From a virus, in the IMG/VR virus record IMGVR_UViG_3300005690_000024, positions 1-64,000 of that record: a stretch of DNA of 64,000 nt, one strand, 5' to 3'. Position numbers and translations under genes: made by a program. Positions 47,858 to 57,008 of this stretch are shown here, one piece after another (within the stretch, counting starts at the first letter, position 1; every line of letters starts with the position of its first letter). The notes beneath the pieces were generated by a model, which did not search any database, was not told the origin of the DNA, and saw only the letters and a list, made by a program, of their open reading frames with translations.

Positions 47858-48385
47858 GTGTCGCATCAAATTGTTTTCAGCATCCCTGACGAGCTTGCGG
47901 GTCGATTGGTAGATGTCACGGGTCGTACGCCGACAGATATGGCGCGGGACTATTTGCAGGGGTACTTTGAGGACGGGCGGAATCAGAAGTTTCCGAGGCA
48001 GAGGATTACGTTGGCGTGGAGTGCGGACGTGTACGCTGGGATCATTCGCCATGTTGGTCGAGGGGCTGCGGCGGATTGGATCAGGCGTACAGTGTATGAG
48101 CGGATGGGGAAGACGGCTGGGTTGACTCCTCCGCCGACGTGGTTGCCGAGTCGGATCGAGAATTCGAAGGCACCGAAGATTGTGGTATTGACGCCTGGGG
48201 CTGGTCGTCAGAGCATCAATATTCCGTTAGTGATCCCTAAAGACTGGGTGGTTTGGCTGAAGAAGAACTATCCGGAGAACTTCTCGATGCCGATCAAGGC
48301 GTGGTGTCAGTTGCGACTGGAGAAGGAGACGGGTCGTCTTTTCCCAGCTCAGCGAGGCATGAGCGAGATGTTGGGACACGATTAG
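47858..48385 (+). CDS. Putative DNA-binding protein with three RHH-like modules
   Basis: GAGGAG SD before GTG 47858; repeated strand-helix-helix pattern. Confidence 0.4.
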   Translation: MSHQIVFSIPDELAGRLVDVTGRTPTDMARDYLQGYFEDGRNQKFPRQRITLAWSADVYAGIIRHVGRGAAADWIRRTVYERMGKTAGLTPPPTWLPSRIENSKAPKIVVLTPGAGRQSINIPLVIPKDWVVWLKKNYPENFSMPIKAWCQLRLEKETGRLFPAQRGMSEMLGHD

Positions 48386-48437
48386 AGATTTCGGCTTGAC
48401 AAACTTTTTGGAATCGCCATCATTCGGCGACAGTCTT

Positions 48438-48451
48438 GCGTATAGGTAGTG
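48438..48451 (+). promoter_or_regulatory. CGTATAG motif copy
   Basis: GCGTATAGGTAGTG before ATG 48479. Confidence 0.65.
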
Positions 48452-48478
48452 ATGGTGGTAGTTTCGAAGGGGAGTGCT

Positions 48479-48718
48479 ATGGAAGACATGAAAGAGCAAA
48501 ATGAGGCTATTGTCTCTATTGATGTTCCTGCGAGTGCCGTGGCTGCAGTGACAGACTTTTTGGAGAAGCGATCTAGAGGCGTTGACGCTGGTTTTTGTTT
48601 TGGTGTTGCATTGCCAACATTCGGCACTGGCATTAAGTCGTGGGCAGTTCTTGACGTTGTTGAACGTAAGTGGAGTATTTGCACCGAGCAGGATGCTCAT
48701 GGTGCTGGGGCGCGATGA
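48479..48718 (+). CDS. Hypothetical protein
   Basis: GGGAG SD. Confidence 0.55.
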   Translation: MEDMKEQNEAIVSIDVPASAVAAVTDFLEKRSRGVDAGFCFGVALPTFGTGIKSWAVLDVVERKWSICTEQDAHGAGAR

Positions 48719-48746
48719 ATTCAGGAGTCAAGTGATTGGGGGGTCT

Positions 48747-49040
48747 ATGAATCGTTACTGGGTGAGTTGGGTGCAGGTGACAGAGGATTATCGGCCAATG
48801 AACTTTCCGCCGCATGATCGGGTGCTTGGCTGGTGGAAGTCGGGCGAGTGTGAAGAGGGCGCAAATCTGTGTGCTGTGGTTGAGGGTGAGAGTGAGTTGG
48901 ATGCTTGTGAGTCGATCAAGCAGGAGTGGCCCGAGTGCGAGGACGGCGGTGACTGGCGGTTCTTTCAAGAGGTCGATAATGACTTCCATCCTAGTGATCG
49001 ATTCGTGTTGTCTGACTGGATGGTTCCAAGGTTTGCGTGA
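48747..49040 (+). CDS. Hypothetical protein
   Basis: GGGGG SD; RYWVSW...DYRP...GWW pattern. Confidence 0.6.
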   Translation: MNRYWVSWVQVTEDYRPMNFPPHDRVLGWWKSGECEEGANLCAVVEGESELDACESIKQEWPECEDGGDWRFFQEVDNDFHPSDRFVLSDWMVPRFA

Positions 49041-49309
49041 GGGGGTTTGCTGTGTGGTATAGAACGATACTCATTCCGATGCGTCGTAATTTCGGCAAAG
49101 GGCGTGTGGCTACGGTTTGGGATGCGTTTGGTGATTCTGTTGGCTACTTGTCTGGCCGAGAAGTTGTTGTTCTTAGCATGGGTCAGCGACGTGGTGCTGT
49201 GCATGTGAGATTTGCTGATCATCGCGAGTCGTGCTCGGCTGAGTGCACGGAAAAGCCAAGTAAGAACTTCAAGTACGTGATTCGTGGTCTTATTCGGCGT
49301 CATCGCTGA
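49037..49309 (+). CDS. Hypothetical protein
   Basis: GTGA overlap. Confidence 0.4.
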   Translation: MRGFAVWYRTILIPMRRNFGKGRVATVWDAFGDSVGYLSGREVVVLSMGQRRGAVHVRFADHRESCSAECTEKPSKNFKYVIRGLIRRHR

Positions 49310-49310
49310 G

Positions 49311-49323
49311 GCGTATAGGCATT
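49311..49323 (+). promoter_or_regulatory. CGTATAG motif copy
   Basis: GCGTATAGGCATT 1 nt after stop. Confidence 0.65.
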
Positions 49324-49340
49324 CATTGTGGGAGGGTGTT

Positions 49341-50381
49341 ATGTGGCGGTTGATCGAGCAGGGCGAACTGATGTGTTCGTGCGACGAGATTTATGATGGG
49401 AATGGCGGATGGGCTTTCCTTCCGCATTGGCATGTTGGGATGCCGTTGTCGTTTCTCTGTCCAGTTCGTCGCAAGGTGTTCGAGCCAGCGAAGCCGAGTG
49501 GTTCGGTTCCTGATCCTGGCGAAGGCTGGAGGCTGATCGACAAGGTGAAGGATACACCGCAGAGTGGCGATCAGGTGTGGGATGATGAAGAGAAACGATG
49601 GGTTGACCGTGATCATCTATTAGACGGCACAACTTACTGTAAACCGGATATCTATCGCAGACGTGTTACGCCTCAGTCTTCCGAACCGATCCGCATCGGT
49701 GATCGCGTGACCGTGGTTGCAGGCGTTTGGTCTGGCTGCACTGGAAGCGTTGATTTGAACTTCTGGAATGGTTGGTTTGGGTTCGTCAAACTCGACAACG
49801 TGCTCGTCGGTGGAAAGCCTCTCTGTGTGCGGGTTTCGCCGTCTGACGTATCGGTGATGAAATCATCGCCGAGTTCTTGCCCAGATCCAGGTGAAGGTTA
49901 TCGTCTGATCGATAAGGCTGTCGACAAGCCAGAACCGGGAGATCAGATTCTCAACGGGATCATCTGGGAGGATCGTGGAGAGTATGAGGGCACGCATTTC
50001 CGTGAATGCCGGGAGTACCGCCGCAAACTTCCTGTTCTGGCAGACCCTGAATGGCGGTCGCTGGCTGTTGGCGAGTATTTCCGAGAGGGTGATGAGATCT
50101 CTTTTTACCATGAGAAAAGATGGAGTGCAGTGAGGCATTGTGGTAAATCAAAGGTTGGTGACAACAAGGCCGATGGGACACTCTATGTGTTTCGCCGTCG
50201 TGTGCGTCTCCAGTCACCGGGCTGGCGTTATCTGGATGAAGGTGAGGTAATCGCTGATGGTGACGAGATTCTGTGGGGTGGTTGGGCTCCTGTCTGTGAA
50301 TCGCTTAAAGGTCGGTTTGCAAGTGCCACAGATAAGTCGTGCCGCATGCTTCGCCGCCGAACAGTCCCGTTTGTTGGTTAA
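49341..50381 (+). CDS. Modular repeat protein with KOW/SH3-like insert
   Basis: Repeated W/Y-R-L...GD[EQ]...RR[RK] modules; IRIGDRVTVVAGVWSGCTG. Confidence 0.6.
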   Translation: MWRLIEQGELMCSCDEIYDGNGGWAFLPHWHVGMPLSFLCPVRRKVFEPAKPSGSVPDPGEGWRLIDKVKDTPQSGDQVWDDEEKRWVDRDHLLDGTTYCKPDIYRRRVTPQSSEPIRIGDRVTVVAGVWSGCTGSVDLNFWNGWFGFVKLDNVLVGGKPLCVRVSPSDVSVMKSSPSSCPDPGEGYRLIDKAVDKPEPGDQILNGIIWEDRGEYEGTHFRECREYRRKLPVLADPEWRSLAVGEYFREGDEISFYHEKRWSAVRHCGKSKVGDNKADGTLYVFRRRVRLQSPGWRYLDEGEVIADGDEILWGGWAPVCESLKGRFASATDKSCRMLRRRTVPFVG

Positions 50382-50391
50382 TCGTCCGTTC

Positions 50392-50400
50392 CGTATAGGT
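50392..50400 (+). promoter_or_regulatory. CGTATAG motif copy
   Basis: CGTATAGGT before GAGG and ATG 50418. Confidence 0.55.
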
Positions 50401-50417
50401 TTCAAGTGAGGTGTTAA

Positions 50418-50642
50418 ATGCGTTCGTTGCGTCGTTCGATGGTTGGTTTGGATGCGATTGCGATCGTGGCAGGGATGGCAAGTGCCGGAATGGCGATCCC
50501 TGCCATTTCGTATGTCGACCCACGGGCAAAGCGTGTGAAGGGTGTTGGCGAGCGTCCAGAAGGGGCAGCGACGGAGGCTCAGAAGATGGCGCGTCCGCCG
50601 AAGCGAGGCAAGGGTACACGTCGTCAGCGTCGTGGCAAGTAA
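50418..50642 (+). CDS. Small basic protein
   Basis: GAGG SD; Arg/Lys-rich C-terminus. Confidence 0.45.
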   Translation: MRSLRRSMVGLDAIAIVAGMASAGMAIPAISYVDPRAKRVKGVGERPEGAATEAQKMARPPKRGKGTRRQRRGK

Positions 50643-50668
50643 TGCAATGAGTTTCTTGGGAGTGTGGA

Positions 50669-50860
50669 ATGGGAGGGTCTGTGGAGATTTCTGATTACCA
50701 ACGATATGAAATGGCAAAAATGCGGGCACAAGCCTACATCACTGAACTGACCAATGGTATGCGATTGCAGGAGTTGAAGGCGATTGCAGCACACGTTGAA
50801 GGTGCAGTTAGGCACGTTGATTTCAATATCAAGATGAGGAACGGCGAGCAGATTCGGTGA
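50669..50860 (+). CDS. Hypothetical protein
   Basis: ORF chain; start uncertain. Confidence 0.4.
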   Translation: MGGSVEISDYQRYEMAKMRAQAYITELTNGMRLQELKAIAAHVEGAVRHVDFNIKMRNGEQIR

Positions 50861-50882
50861 TTCCGTTGGATGAGGTGAGTAT

Positions 50883-51143
50883 ATGATGCAACCGCGACTA
50901 CATCAGTGTGATCCAGATTATCGAAGAACGCCGAAGACTGATCGGTATTGCTGGCACTGTCAGCGGGACATTAAGCATGAATCAGTCATCGCGAAGACGT
51001 TCGTTTGTGCTGATCCGATCATGTGTGTTGTGCACCCAGATGATTCACACATGGTTGACTGTTCATTGCTTGAGATTGGGCCTGAGTGTTTAAAGAAGAT
51101 TCCGTTTGCGTTTATTGTACGTGATACACAGCCGCCCCAGTGA
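50883..51143 (+). CDS. Hypothetical protein
   Basis: GAGGTGAG SD; YCWHCQRDIK...VHP...IGPEC pattern. Confidence 0.55.
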   Translation: MMQPRLHQCDPDYRRTPKTDRYCWHCQRDIKHESVIAKTFVCADPIMCVVHPDDSHMVDCSLLEIGPECLKKIPFAFIVRDTQPPQ

Positions 51144-51254
51144 CGCGGTAATCGAAAGGGGTTGATCGTCCGAGTAGCAGGCTGGATGCTCTCCAGTCCG
51201 CCTCTCCTGGGTGCGGTTAGTGTTGCGTGAGAGATCGATGTACTAGGGGGCTAT

Positions 51255-51575
51255 ATGATCGAAGATGAAGAGTTCAGTGTGTTTGTAGATCCAGACACGG
51301 GCGAGAGAGGCTACACAGACGCAAGGCTGACAGATCTTCCAATCAGTGAAGTCGTTCGCAGACTGCGTGAGTCTGGCGACCATCAAGCCGTTCATGTGAT
51401 CCAGCATCTGCAATATTGCCTGTGGGATGCGACGCGCAGCGAAGATTCGTATGGCGTTCCAAATTCATCGTGGGATGTGTGTGGGATCTGTGACCGAGCT
51501 GAAGCAGGTCCAGGGAAGTTTCGAAGCGGGATTGCACATGCTGAATGTTGCCCGCTTTGTGGTTGGGAAGAGTAA
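51255..51575 (+). CDS. Hypothetical protein with C-terminal Cys/His motif
   Basis: GGGGG SD; CGIC...HAECCP. Confidence 0.55.
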   Translation: MIEDEEFSVFVDPDTGERGYTDARLTDLPISEVVRRLRESGDHQAVHVIQHLQYCLWDATRSEDSYGVPNSSWDVCGICDRAEAGPGKFRSGIAHAECCPLCGWEE

Positions 51576-51589
51576 TACGGGGCTGAATC

Positions 51590-51907
51590 ATGGTAGGTCG
51601 ATGTCGATGGTTAAGTATTGGTCGAAGTGAGCCGCAAGTTCCAGATGCAACAACGCCTGAGCAGAGGGTGGAGATTGCCAAGTGCGAGATCTTCATCATT
51701 CCTAGATTTCGGGTGATTCGCGAGTGTCGGCTTGACGGCGTAACGATCGGCTATGTGAGGACGACATTTGGAGGGCAGGAGTTCAAGCGGGATTTGGAGG
51801 ATGAATGGCAGTTTGCCGGTTCGGCATGGTCGCTGGACGATCCTCCGCATGGGCTGGCGATTCTCGGTCTGTTGGATCTTCTGAAGGAATCGCGTGGTGA
51901 AGGCTGA
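51590..51907 (+). CDS. Hypothetical protein
   Basis: ORF chain; start uncertain. Confidence 0.4.
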   Translation: MVGRCRWLSIGRSEPQVPDATTPEQRVEIAKCEIFIIPRFRVIRECRLDGVTIGYVRTTFGGQEFKRDLEDEWQFAGSAWSLDDPPHGLAILGLLDLLKESRGEG

Positions 51908-51933
51908 ATCTTCAGTCAGGTGTTGTGGGTTTT

Positions 51934-51947
51934 GCGTATAGGTACTG
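51934..51947 (+). promoter_or_regulatory. CGTATAG motif copy
   Basis: GCGTATAGGTACTG before ATG 51976. Confidence 0.7.
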
Positions 51948-51975
51948 TTGGTGTTTTCTTTACAAGGGGTAGTCT

Positions 51976-53463
51976 ATGTCGAGTTTGTTCGCTGAGGAAG
52001 AAAAGGTCGCTGCGGCACCGAAGAAGAAGCGTGTTGCCAAGATCAGCAACGTCGGGGCGATTGATGTTCTTGAGATCCCGATTGAACCTGGTCGAGTCGT
52101 TGTGTTGCGTGGTCGCAATGGGGCAGGGAAGTCTACGGCGCAGGAGGCAATTCGAGTTGCTGCGACAACAGGCAGCAAGTCAAAGGGAGCGTTGACGCCT
52201 CGTGATGGCAATGAGGCCGAGGGTGGCAATGTTGAGATGAACGGGGTCAGCCTTCGTATCGGCGCCCGCATGACGGAGCGTGGTGTTCCAGAAGAGTCGT
52301 ATGTGCTGCTGGATGACGGGAACGCTCTGCAGGACTTCTGTGAACCGAGCGTCAAGACGCCAAAGCTTGCGGACAACAAGCGAATCAAGGCGATGCTGGC
52401 AATGGCTGGCGTGAAGATTGATGCTGCGAAGCTCAAGGCGTTTCTGGGTGATGCAACATACAACGGGTTCATCGCTACGTATCGCGGCATCCTTGAGAAG
52501 CCGATGGTTGACGTTGTTGAAGAACTGCGGGATTGGTTGCAGAAGCAGGGTCTTGGCGAGAAGAAGGCGGCACAGGAGGCTAAGGGAGCAAAGGATGCGT
52601 TGTCCGACGTGGCTGAAGTTGACGTTTGTGCTGCTGTACCTGTTGGCGATTTGCTGGCTGTTTTGACAGACGCAAAGTTGAAACTTCAGCAGTGGGCACA
52701 GAGTCGCAAGCAGGCTGACGAGGCGTTGGAGGCGCTGGGGGCTGTCGATGAGTCTCGTGAGGCTGGAGTCATCCGAGAAGAACTCGATCTTGTGAAGGCG
52801 TCACTGGTTGAGTTGCGGGCGCAGATTCGGGAGTTGGAGATTCGTGAAGGATCGCTCGACACTGAACTGACATCGCGTCTGGCCAGCGATAAGCGAATGG
52901 AAGCAGCTCGCGCGAAGATCGACACGGCACCGTCAGCGGAGCAGATCAGCGAGTTGACCAAGGAAGTGCTGTCTTTGCAGAGTCAGTACGAGACGGCTGT
53001 TGTCGCAGAGTCGAACTTCAAGACGTTATCTGAGAAAAAGGCGAAGTACGAGACAGCGCGTCAGGCGTATGAGAGTTCGACAATCTTGAGCGAGCAGATG
53101 TACAAGAAGGCGGAGAACTGCATTGATCTTCTGCGTGATTCGATCAGCAAGTTTGAGGGCTGGTCGATCAACGGGGATTTGCGGTTGTGCTGCAAGCATC
53201 CGACCCGTGGCGAGATCCTGTTTGCGGAGTTCAGTCCAGGTGAGCGATTGAAGGAAGCGATCAAGTTGATGCTGCCTGCGTTCAAGGTCGAGGCTGGCTG
53301 GGTTCCGATTCTGGAGGTTCCTCAGTCGTTGTTCGAGTCATTGGACATCGACGGTCGGGAGGAGTTGGTTCGGCTGTGTGCTCAGTACGGCATCTGTGCT
53401 GTGTGTGCTCAGTGTCGTCAGAGTCACGATGAACCTGTTGGTTTGAACGTGATGGTTCTGTAG
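51976..53463 (+). CDS. SMC / Rad50 / SbcC-like ABC ATPase with coiled coil
   Basis: GRNGAGKST Walker A; long coiled coil; FSPGE signature-like motif. Confidence 0.75.
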   Translation: MSSLFAEEEKVAAAPKKKRVAKISNVGAIDVLEIPIEPGRVVVLRGRNGAGKSTAQEAIRVAATTGSKSKGALTPRDGNEAEGGNVEMNGVSLRIGARMTERGVPEESYVLLDDGNALQDFCEPSVKTPKLADNKRIKAMLAMAGVKIDAAKLKAFLGDATYNGFIATYRGILEKPMVDVVEELRDWLQKQGLGEKKAAQEAKGAKDALSDVAEVDVCAAVPVGDLLAVLTDAKLKLQQWAQSRKQADEALEALGAVDESREAGVIREELDLVKASLVELRAQIRELEIREGSLDTELTSRLASDKRMEAARAKIDTAPSAEQISELTKEVLSLQSQYETAVVAESNFKTLSEKKAKYETARQAYESSTILSEQMYKKAENCIDLLRDSISKFEGWSINGDLRLCCKHPTRGEILFAEFSPGERLKEAIKLMLPAFKVEAGWVPILEVPQSLFESLDIDGREELVRLCAQYGICAVCAQCRQSHDEPVGLNVMVL

Positions 53464-53476
53464 AGGTCTTTGTTGT

Positions 53477-53505
53477 CCCCTGTGGTGATTTGCCACAGGG
53501 GTTTT
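53477..53505 (+). terminator. Rho-independent terminator
   Basis: CCCCTGTGG-N7-CCACAGGGG then TTTT. Confidence 0.65.
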
Positions 53506-53514
53506 GGAGGTTAT

Positions 53515-53760
53515 GTGGAAAAGCCCTGTCGTGTTTGTGTGAATGAAGACGGAAGCGTATCGAAACTTCGCTCAATGATTGGCCCTTGTGATGAATGCGT
53601 AGACAGGGCGATGGCTGATGCGATGGAGCGTTTTGCCCGTGAAGTTGCTTTACGTCAGTTAGAGCGTATTACTGGAATTTTGTATTGCGGAGGGTGTGAT
53701 AATGAAGCGTCGAGTGCAGATCCCGTCTCTGATTTGGATGACAGTGACTGTCGACACTGA
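53515..53760 (+). CDS. Cys-containing hypothetical protein
   Basis: GGAGG SD before GTG; CxxC motifs. Confidence 0.4.
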   Translation: MEKPCRVCVNEDGSVSKLRSMIGPCDECVDRAMADAMERFAREVALRQLERITGILYCGGCDNEASSADPVSDLDDSDCRH

Positions 53761-53953
53761 GTCAGATGACGAGAGTGAGATCATTGAAGAGGCGATGGAG
53801 TTTGCCAATCTGACTGAGTACGGCGGCAATGGTGGATCTCATGGGAAGCTCGTTGGTACGGATGAAGAAAATGTGATTATCGAAGTCAGCAATAACGAGC
53901 CTTTTGAGTGTGAGGGGATTTCGATCACTGTTTTGGAGGAGAGAGAGCGATGA
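53702..53953 (+). CDS. Acidic hypothetical protein
   Basis: GGAGGG SD. Confidence 0.5.
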   Translation: MKRRVQIPSLIWMTVTVDTESDDESEIIEEAMEFANLTEYGGNGGSHGKLVGTDEENVIIEVSNNEPFECEGISITVLEERER

Positions 53954-54147
53954 TCAATGATGACCGGCTGTTTGATGCATACGAGCGGGAATGCGATGTG
54001 ATCGAGCGACAGCATTCGATGGGTCAGATCACCCGTGAGGAGCGTGACGATCAGTTGCGAGACTTGGAGCGAGATGCGAGGGAGGAGGCGCGATATATGG
54101 TGAGTCAGGTGGGAACCTTTTATGGCGACGACCCGAATGAGTACTAG
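53950..54147 (+). CDS. Hypothetical protein
   Basis: ATGA overlap. Confidence 0.55.
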   Translation: MINDDRLFDAYERECDVIERQHSMGQITREERDDQLRDLERDAREEARYMVSQVGTFYGDDPNEY

Positions 54148-54409
54148 CCTGCCCAGTATGTTTTCTGCTACGGGAACAGAATCATGGCTTTCTTTGGATG
54201 TACCCGATAATGGGTTTATCATCTTTGTTGGGCCAGATTGGCTGGTGTGTGTTGATGGTCCTGTCTATTCAGACTCTGAGTGCAAAGCCACAAGGTGGCC
54301 GACGAAAAGATCTGCCCAGCGTGCATTGAGTCGTCTTCGGAAGCAATGCAAGAAGAGTTTCGCAAGGGCGAGTGTGTGTGAGATTAGAGAAGGGGTGAGA
54401 CTGGAATGA
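54122..54409 (+). CDS. Hypothetical protein
   Basis: ORF chain; start uncertain. Confidence 0.4.
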   Translation: MATTRMSTSLPSMFSATGTESWLSLDVPDNGFIIFVGPDWLVCVDGPVYSDSECKATRWPTKRSAQRALSRLRKQCKKSFARASVCEIREGVRLE

Positions 54410-54690
54410 TTAAGTTTCTTGATACACATGACTTGTACGTCCAGCGAGTCAATCAGGAGGGCGACAACTTCCATCTTGCTGTTGCGATGTTCCCGATCAG
54501 AGTGGTGAATGTGGCGATGTCATTGCGTGATCTCATTGAGAGCAAACGATGGGCGGCGCCGCATCCGAGTCACGATGAGATGGTGAAGTACCTGAGTGAG
54601 AAGATTCAGGACGAGTATCGGGCTTTGTTTGGCGTACCAATGGGAGGTGGCTGTGAGCAGAAAGAAGACGCGGCAGGAGATGGCGGCTGA
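54406..54690 (+). CDS. Hypothetical protein
   Basis: ATGA overlap. Confidence 0.5.
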   Translation: MIKFLDTHDLYVQRVNQEGDNFHLAVAMFPIRVVNVAMSLRDLIESKRWAAPHPSHDEMVKYLSEKIQDEYRALFGVPMGGGCEQKEDAAGDGG

Positions 54691-54922
54691 TCAGCCTGAG
54701 CGGTGTGGTGGCGGCTGTCGTGCGAAGAAGCGGAAAGTTGAGAAGCCGTATCGGGTTTATTGGCGAGTTCCATTGGAGCGTGATGTGTGGCATCCAATTG
54801 CCCATGAATGGCATGGGTACAAGCGGTACGAGACGATGGAACTGGCTGAGGCGTATGTGTTGAAGAGGCAGCGGACTGAGACGCTGGTGAAGTACGAATA
54901 TCAGATTGTGATTGATAACTAA
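54680..54922 (+). CDS. Hypothetical protein
   Basis: GGAG SD. Confidence 0.5.
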   Translation: MAADQPERCGGGCRAKKRKVEKPYRVYWRVPLERDVWHPIAHEWHGYKRYETMELAEAYVLKRQRTETLVKYEYQIVIDN

Positions 54923-54935
54923 CAAGGGGAAGTTT

Positions 54936-55895
54936 GTGCAGACGAGAACGATCAAGGCAGTCCTTCGTAAGAAAATTGACGCATGGGCTGATTCTGTGAA
55001 GGATGAGGAGATCCAGAAGATCATCCGCCAGCAGACTGTTGTGACGGGCGGTTCGATTGCGTCCATGCTGTTGCAGGAAGAGGTGAACGACTACGACGTG
55101 TACTTCAAGACGGGTGAAGGTGCGTTCGCGGTCGCCAAGTACTACGTCAACAAGATGAATGAGACTCGGAAGGCGAAGAACGGGAGTGGCATTGAGATCC
55201 CGTTGTTTCTTGCTGACCCGTTGACAAAGGCGCCGATCGATTCGTTCTCAGGGAAGCGGTTCGTGATCCTGGCGAAGTCTTCGGGTATCGCTGAAGAGGA
55301 GAACGCGGGCGACTATCAGTACTTCGAGCAGAATGATCCAGAGGGCACTCAGGCAGAGGCGTATCTGGATGACACCAAGAAAGCAGCAGAAGCTGCGGCA
55401 AGCAAAGAGAAGGGGGCGTATCGAGCCAAGTTCATGTCATCGAATGCGATCACGCTGAGCGATGATGTGCAGATCGTGATTCGGTTCTGGGGTGAACCGA
55501 GCGAGATCCACCAGAACTACGACTTCGTTCATTGTACGTGCAGTTGGACGTCTTGGAATGGCGAGCTGCGAACTCCAGAGGCGGCGTTAATTGCGTTGAT
55601 GTCACGCACGTTGACGTATGTGGGAAGTCTGTACCCGATCTGTTCGTTGATTCGAACCAGGAAGTTCATCCAGCGCGGGTGGCGAATCACGGCGGGGCAG
55701 TATTTGAAGATGGCGTTCCAGGTGTCGAAGTTGAACCTGTGCGACGTTCGGGTTTTGGAAGATCAGTTGACGGGTGTGGATTCGGCGTTCTTCGCACATT
55801 TGATCTCGATCGTGGAGAAGGATGTGAAGGAAGGCAAGAAGCCGGAAGAGATCGACGCGGCGTATATCTGCCAGTTGGTGGATCGGATCTTCTGA
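54936..55895 (+). CDS. Pol-beta superfamily nucleotidyltransferase-like protein
   Basis: VVTGGSIASMLLQEEVNDYDVYF (GG...DxD); NYDFVHC. Confidence 0.65.
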   Translation: MQTRTIKAVLRKKIDAWADSVKDEEIQKIIRQQTVVTGGSIASMLLQEEVNDYDVYFKTGEGAFAVAKYYVNKMNETRKAKNGSGIEIPLFLADPLTKAPIDSFSGKRFVILAKSSGIAEEENAGDYQYFEQNDPEGTQAEAYLDDTKKAAEAAASKEKGAYRAKFMSSNAITLSDDVQIVIRFWGEPSEIHQNYDFVHCTCSWTSWNGELRTPEAALIALMSRTLTYVGSLYPICSLIRTRKFIQRGWRITAGQYLKMAFQVSKLNLCDVRVLEDQLTGVDSAFFAHLISIVEKDVKEGKKPEEIDAAYICQLVDRIF

Positions 55896-55901
55896 GATTG
55901 T

Positions 55902-55915
55902 GCGTATAGGCATTG
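55902..55915 (+). promoter_or_regulatory. CGTATAG motif copy
   Basis: GCGTATAGGCATTG 6 nt after stop. Confidence 0.65.
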
Positions 55916-55954
55916 ACGGTGGGAGTGTGGTTGCTATTCTTCGAGGAGTGATTG

Positions 55955-56257
55955 ATGTCCAGGGCGAGCGAAGTTCTTCAGGCAGCGTTTGAATCCGATC
56001 CGAATGCGATGCATGCGTTGGTGGTGAATCGTTATCCGTGCAATCAGGCTTTGGCAGACGATCCGTTTGTGATTGTGGATGTACCACCAGTTCTTGGCGG
56101 GACTCACTTTCAGGTTGGGATGCTTGGCGTGTTGAACGGTGTTCTGGTCGCCAACGGTCTTCCGAAGGTGGCTGTGAAGTGGTCGAACGAGCGAGATGAA
56201 GACGGACAATGCATGGTTCTTGGTTTCTGCGACTACGTGGAACCATCGGCAGAGTAA
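55955..56257 (+). CDS. Hypothetical protein
   Basis: GAGGAG SD. Confidence 0.6.
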   Translation: MSRASEVLQAAFESDPNAMHALVVNRYPCNQALADDPFVIVDVPPVLGGTHFQVGMLGVLNGVLVANGLPKVAVKWSNERDEDGQCMVLGFCDYVEPSAE

Positions 56258-56283
56258 ACGTGGAATTCCGTTCCGCTGTTGCG

Positions 56284-56376
56284 GCGGAACGACTAAAATC
56301 AGCCGGTTTGCGGACGGTTGACTTCCAATTTCAAAGCAGCGTTGCCCGCAAACTCGGCTGCATTTTATTGTTATTT
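56284..56376 (-). mobile_element. attC site 1 (canonical on minus strand)
   Basis: Minus strand: R'' AAATAAC, spacer AATAA, L'' AATGCAG, stem, L' CTGATT, spacer TTAGTC, R' GTTCCGC. Confidence 0.8.
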
Positions 56377-56388
56377 TGCGAGGGTGTA

Positions 56389-56589
56389 ATGGCAGACCCA
56401 AAACACAGCGATGAAATACACAAGAGAAAATTGATAGTTGTAAGGGCAATTCGCGATGGCTGCCCAGATTGCCCCGACGAAGGATTGATGTGCGAAAAGC
56501 ATTTGAGGGAGTTGAGGCCACTGTTCACGCGACCTAGGCAGCGGCTGAAAGCGTTTGAGGATCGGTTGTTTTCGGATCAGTCAAAATAA
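56389..56589 (+). CDS. Cassette ORF 1, hypothetical (66 aa, CPDC...CEKH)
   Basis: GAGGG SD right after site 1; stop TAA inside CAAAATAAC. Confidence 0.65.
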   Translation: MADPKHSDEIHKRKLIVVRAIRDGCPDCPDEGLMCEKHLRELRPLFTRPRQRLKAFEDRLFSDQSK

Positions 56590-56670
56590 CGCTCGCGATC
56601 AGCGGTGGCCGCGAGAGATTTTGTTAGCAGTGGAGACGTTGACGGCCTCCGCTGCATTGCGTGGTTATTT
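56584..56670 (-). mobile_element. attC site 2 (canonical on minus strand)
   Basis: R'' AAATAAC, CACGC, L'' AATGCAG, stem, L' CTGATC, GCGAGC, R' GTTATTT. Confidence 0.85.
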
Positions 56671-56686
56671 TGCATTGGGGAATGCG

Positions 56687-56911
56687 ATGAAAATTGGACC
56701 AGTGAATTTTGGAAGCCTCAATGCGTGGCGGTACGCATGGAAGATGCGGGGATCGGTTCCGATGGTATACCTTCTGCGAAACAGCAAGGGTGTCATACCT
56801 GGGCGATGGGGCTTCGTCGTTCTCGGCTTTGAGTTCGGCTCTCGCAACTCAGATAGCAAGTTTGGACAGTGGTTGCACCGTGTTGGGCTGTGGCCGTTCA
56901 TGTCAAAATAA
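56687..56911 (+). CDS. Cassette ORF 2, hypothetical (74 aa)
   Basis: GGGG SD after site 2; stop TAA inside CAAAATAAC. Confidence 0.65.
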   Translation: MKIGPVNFGSLNAWRYAWKMRGSVPMVYLLRNSKGVIPGRWGFVVLGFEFGSRNSDSKFGQWLHRVGLWPFMSK

Positions 56912-57008
56912 CGCTTGGCATAAGCCGGGCGAGTGTCGACGTGGTGTGAGTGTAATTTTCCCGCATGACGACAGAGGTTAACGCCTCGGCTTCATGCCAT
57001 TGTTAGTT
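56906..57008 (-). mobile_element. attC site 3 (canonical on minus strand)
   Basis: R'' AACTAAC, AATGG, L'' CATGAAG, stem, L' CTTATG, CCAAGC, R' GTTATTT. Confidence 0.85.

Noticed and set aside
48396-48446. Canonical sigma70 promoter (TTGACA ... TATAGG)
   Set aside because: Spacing is ~39 nt instead of ~17, so the TTGACA is probably unrelated to the motif.
51144-51250. Possible small RNA in a 110-nt intergenic gap
   Set aside because: Only a short GGCTGGA/TCCAGTC hairpin; no tRNA or attC geometry.
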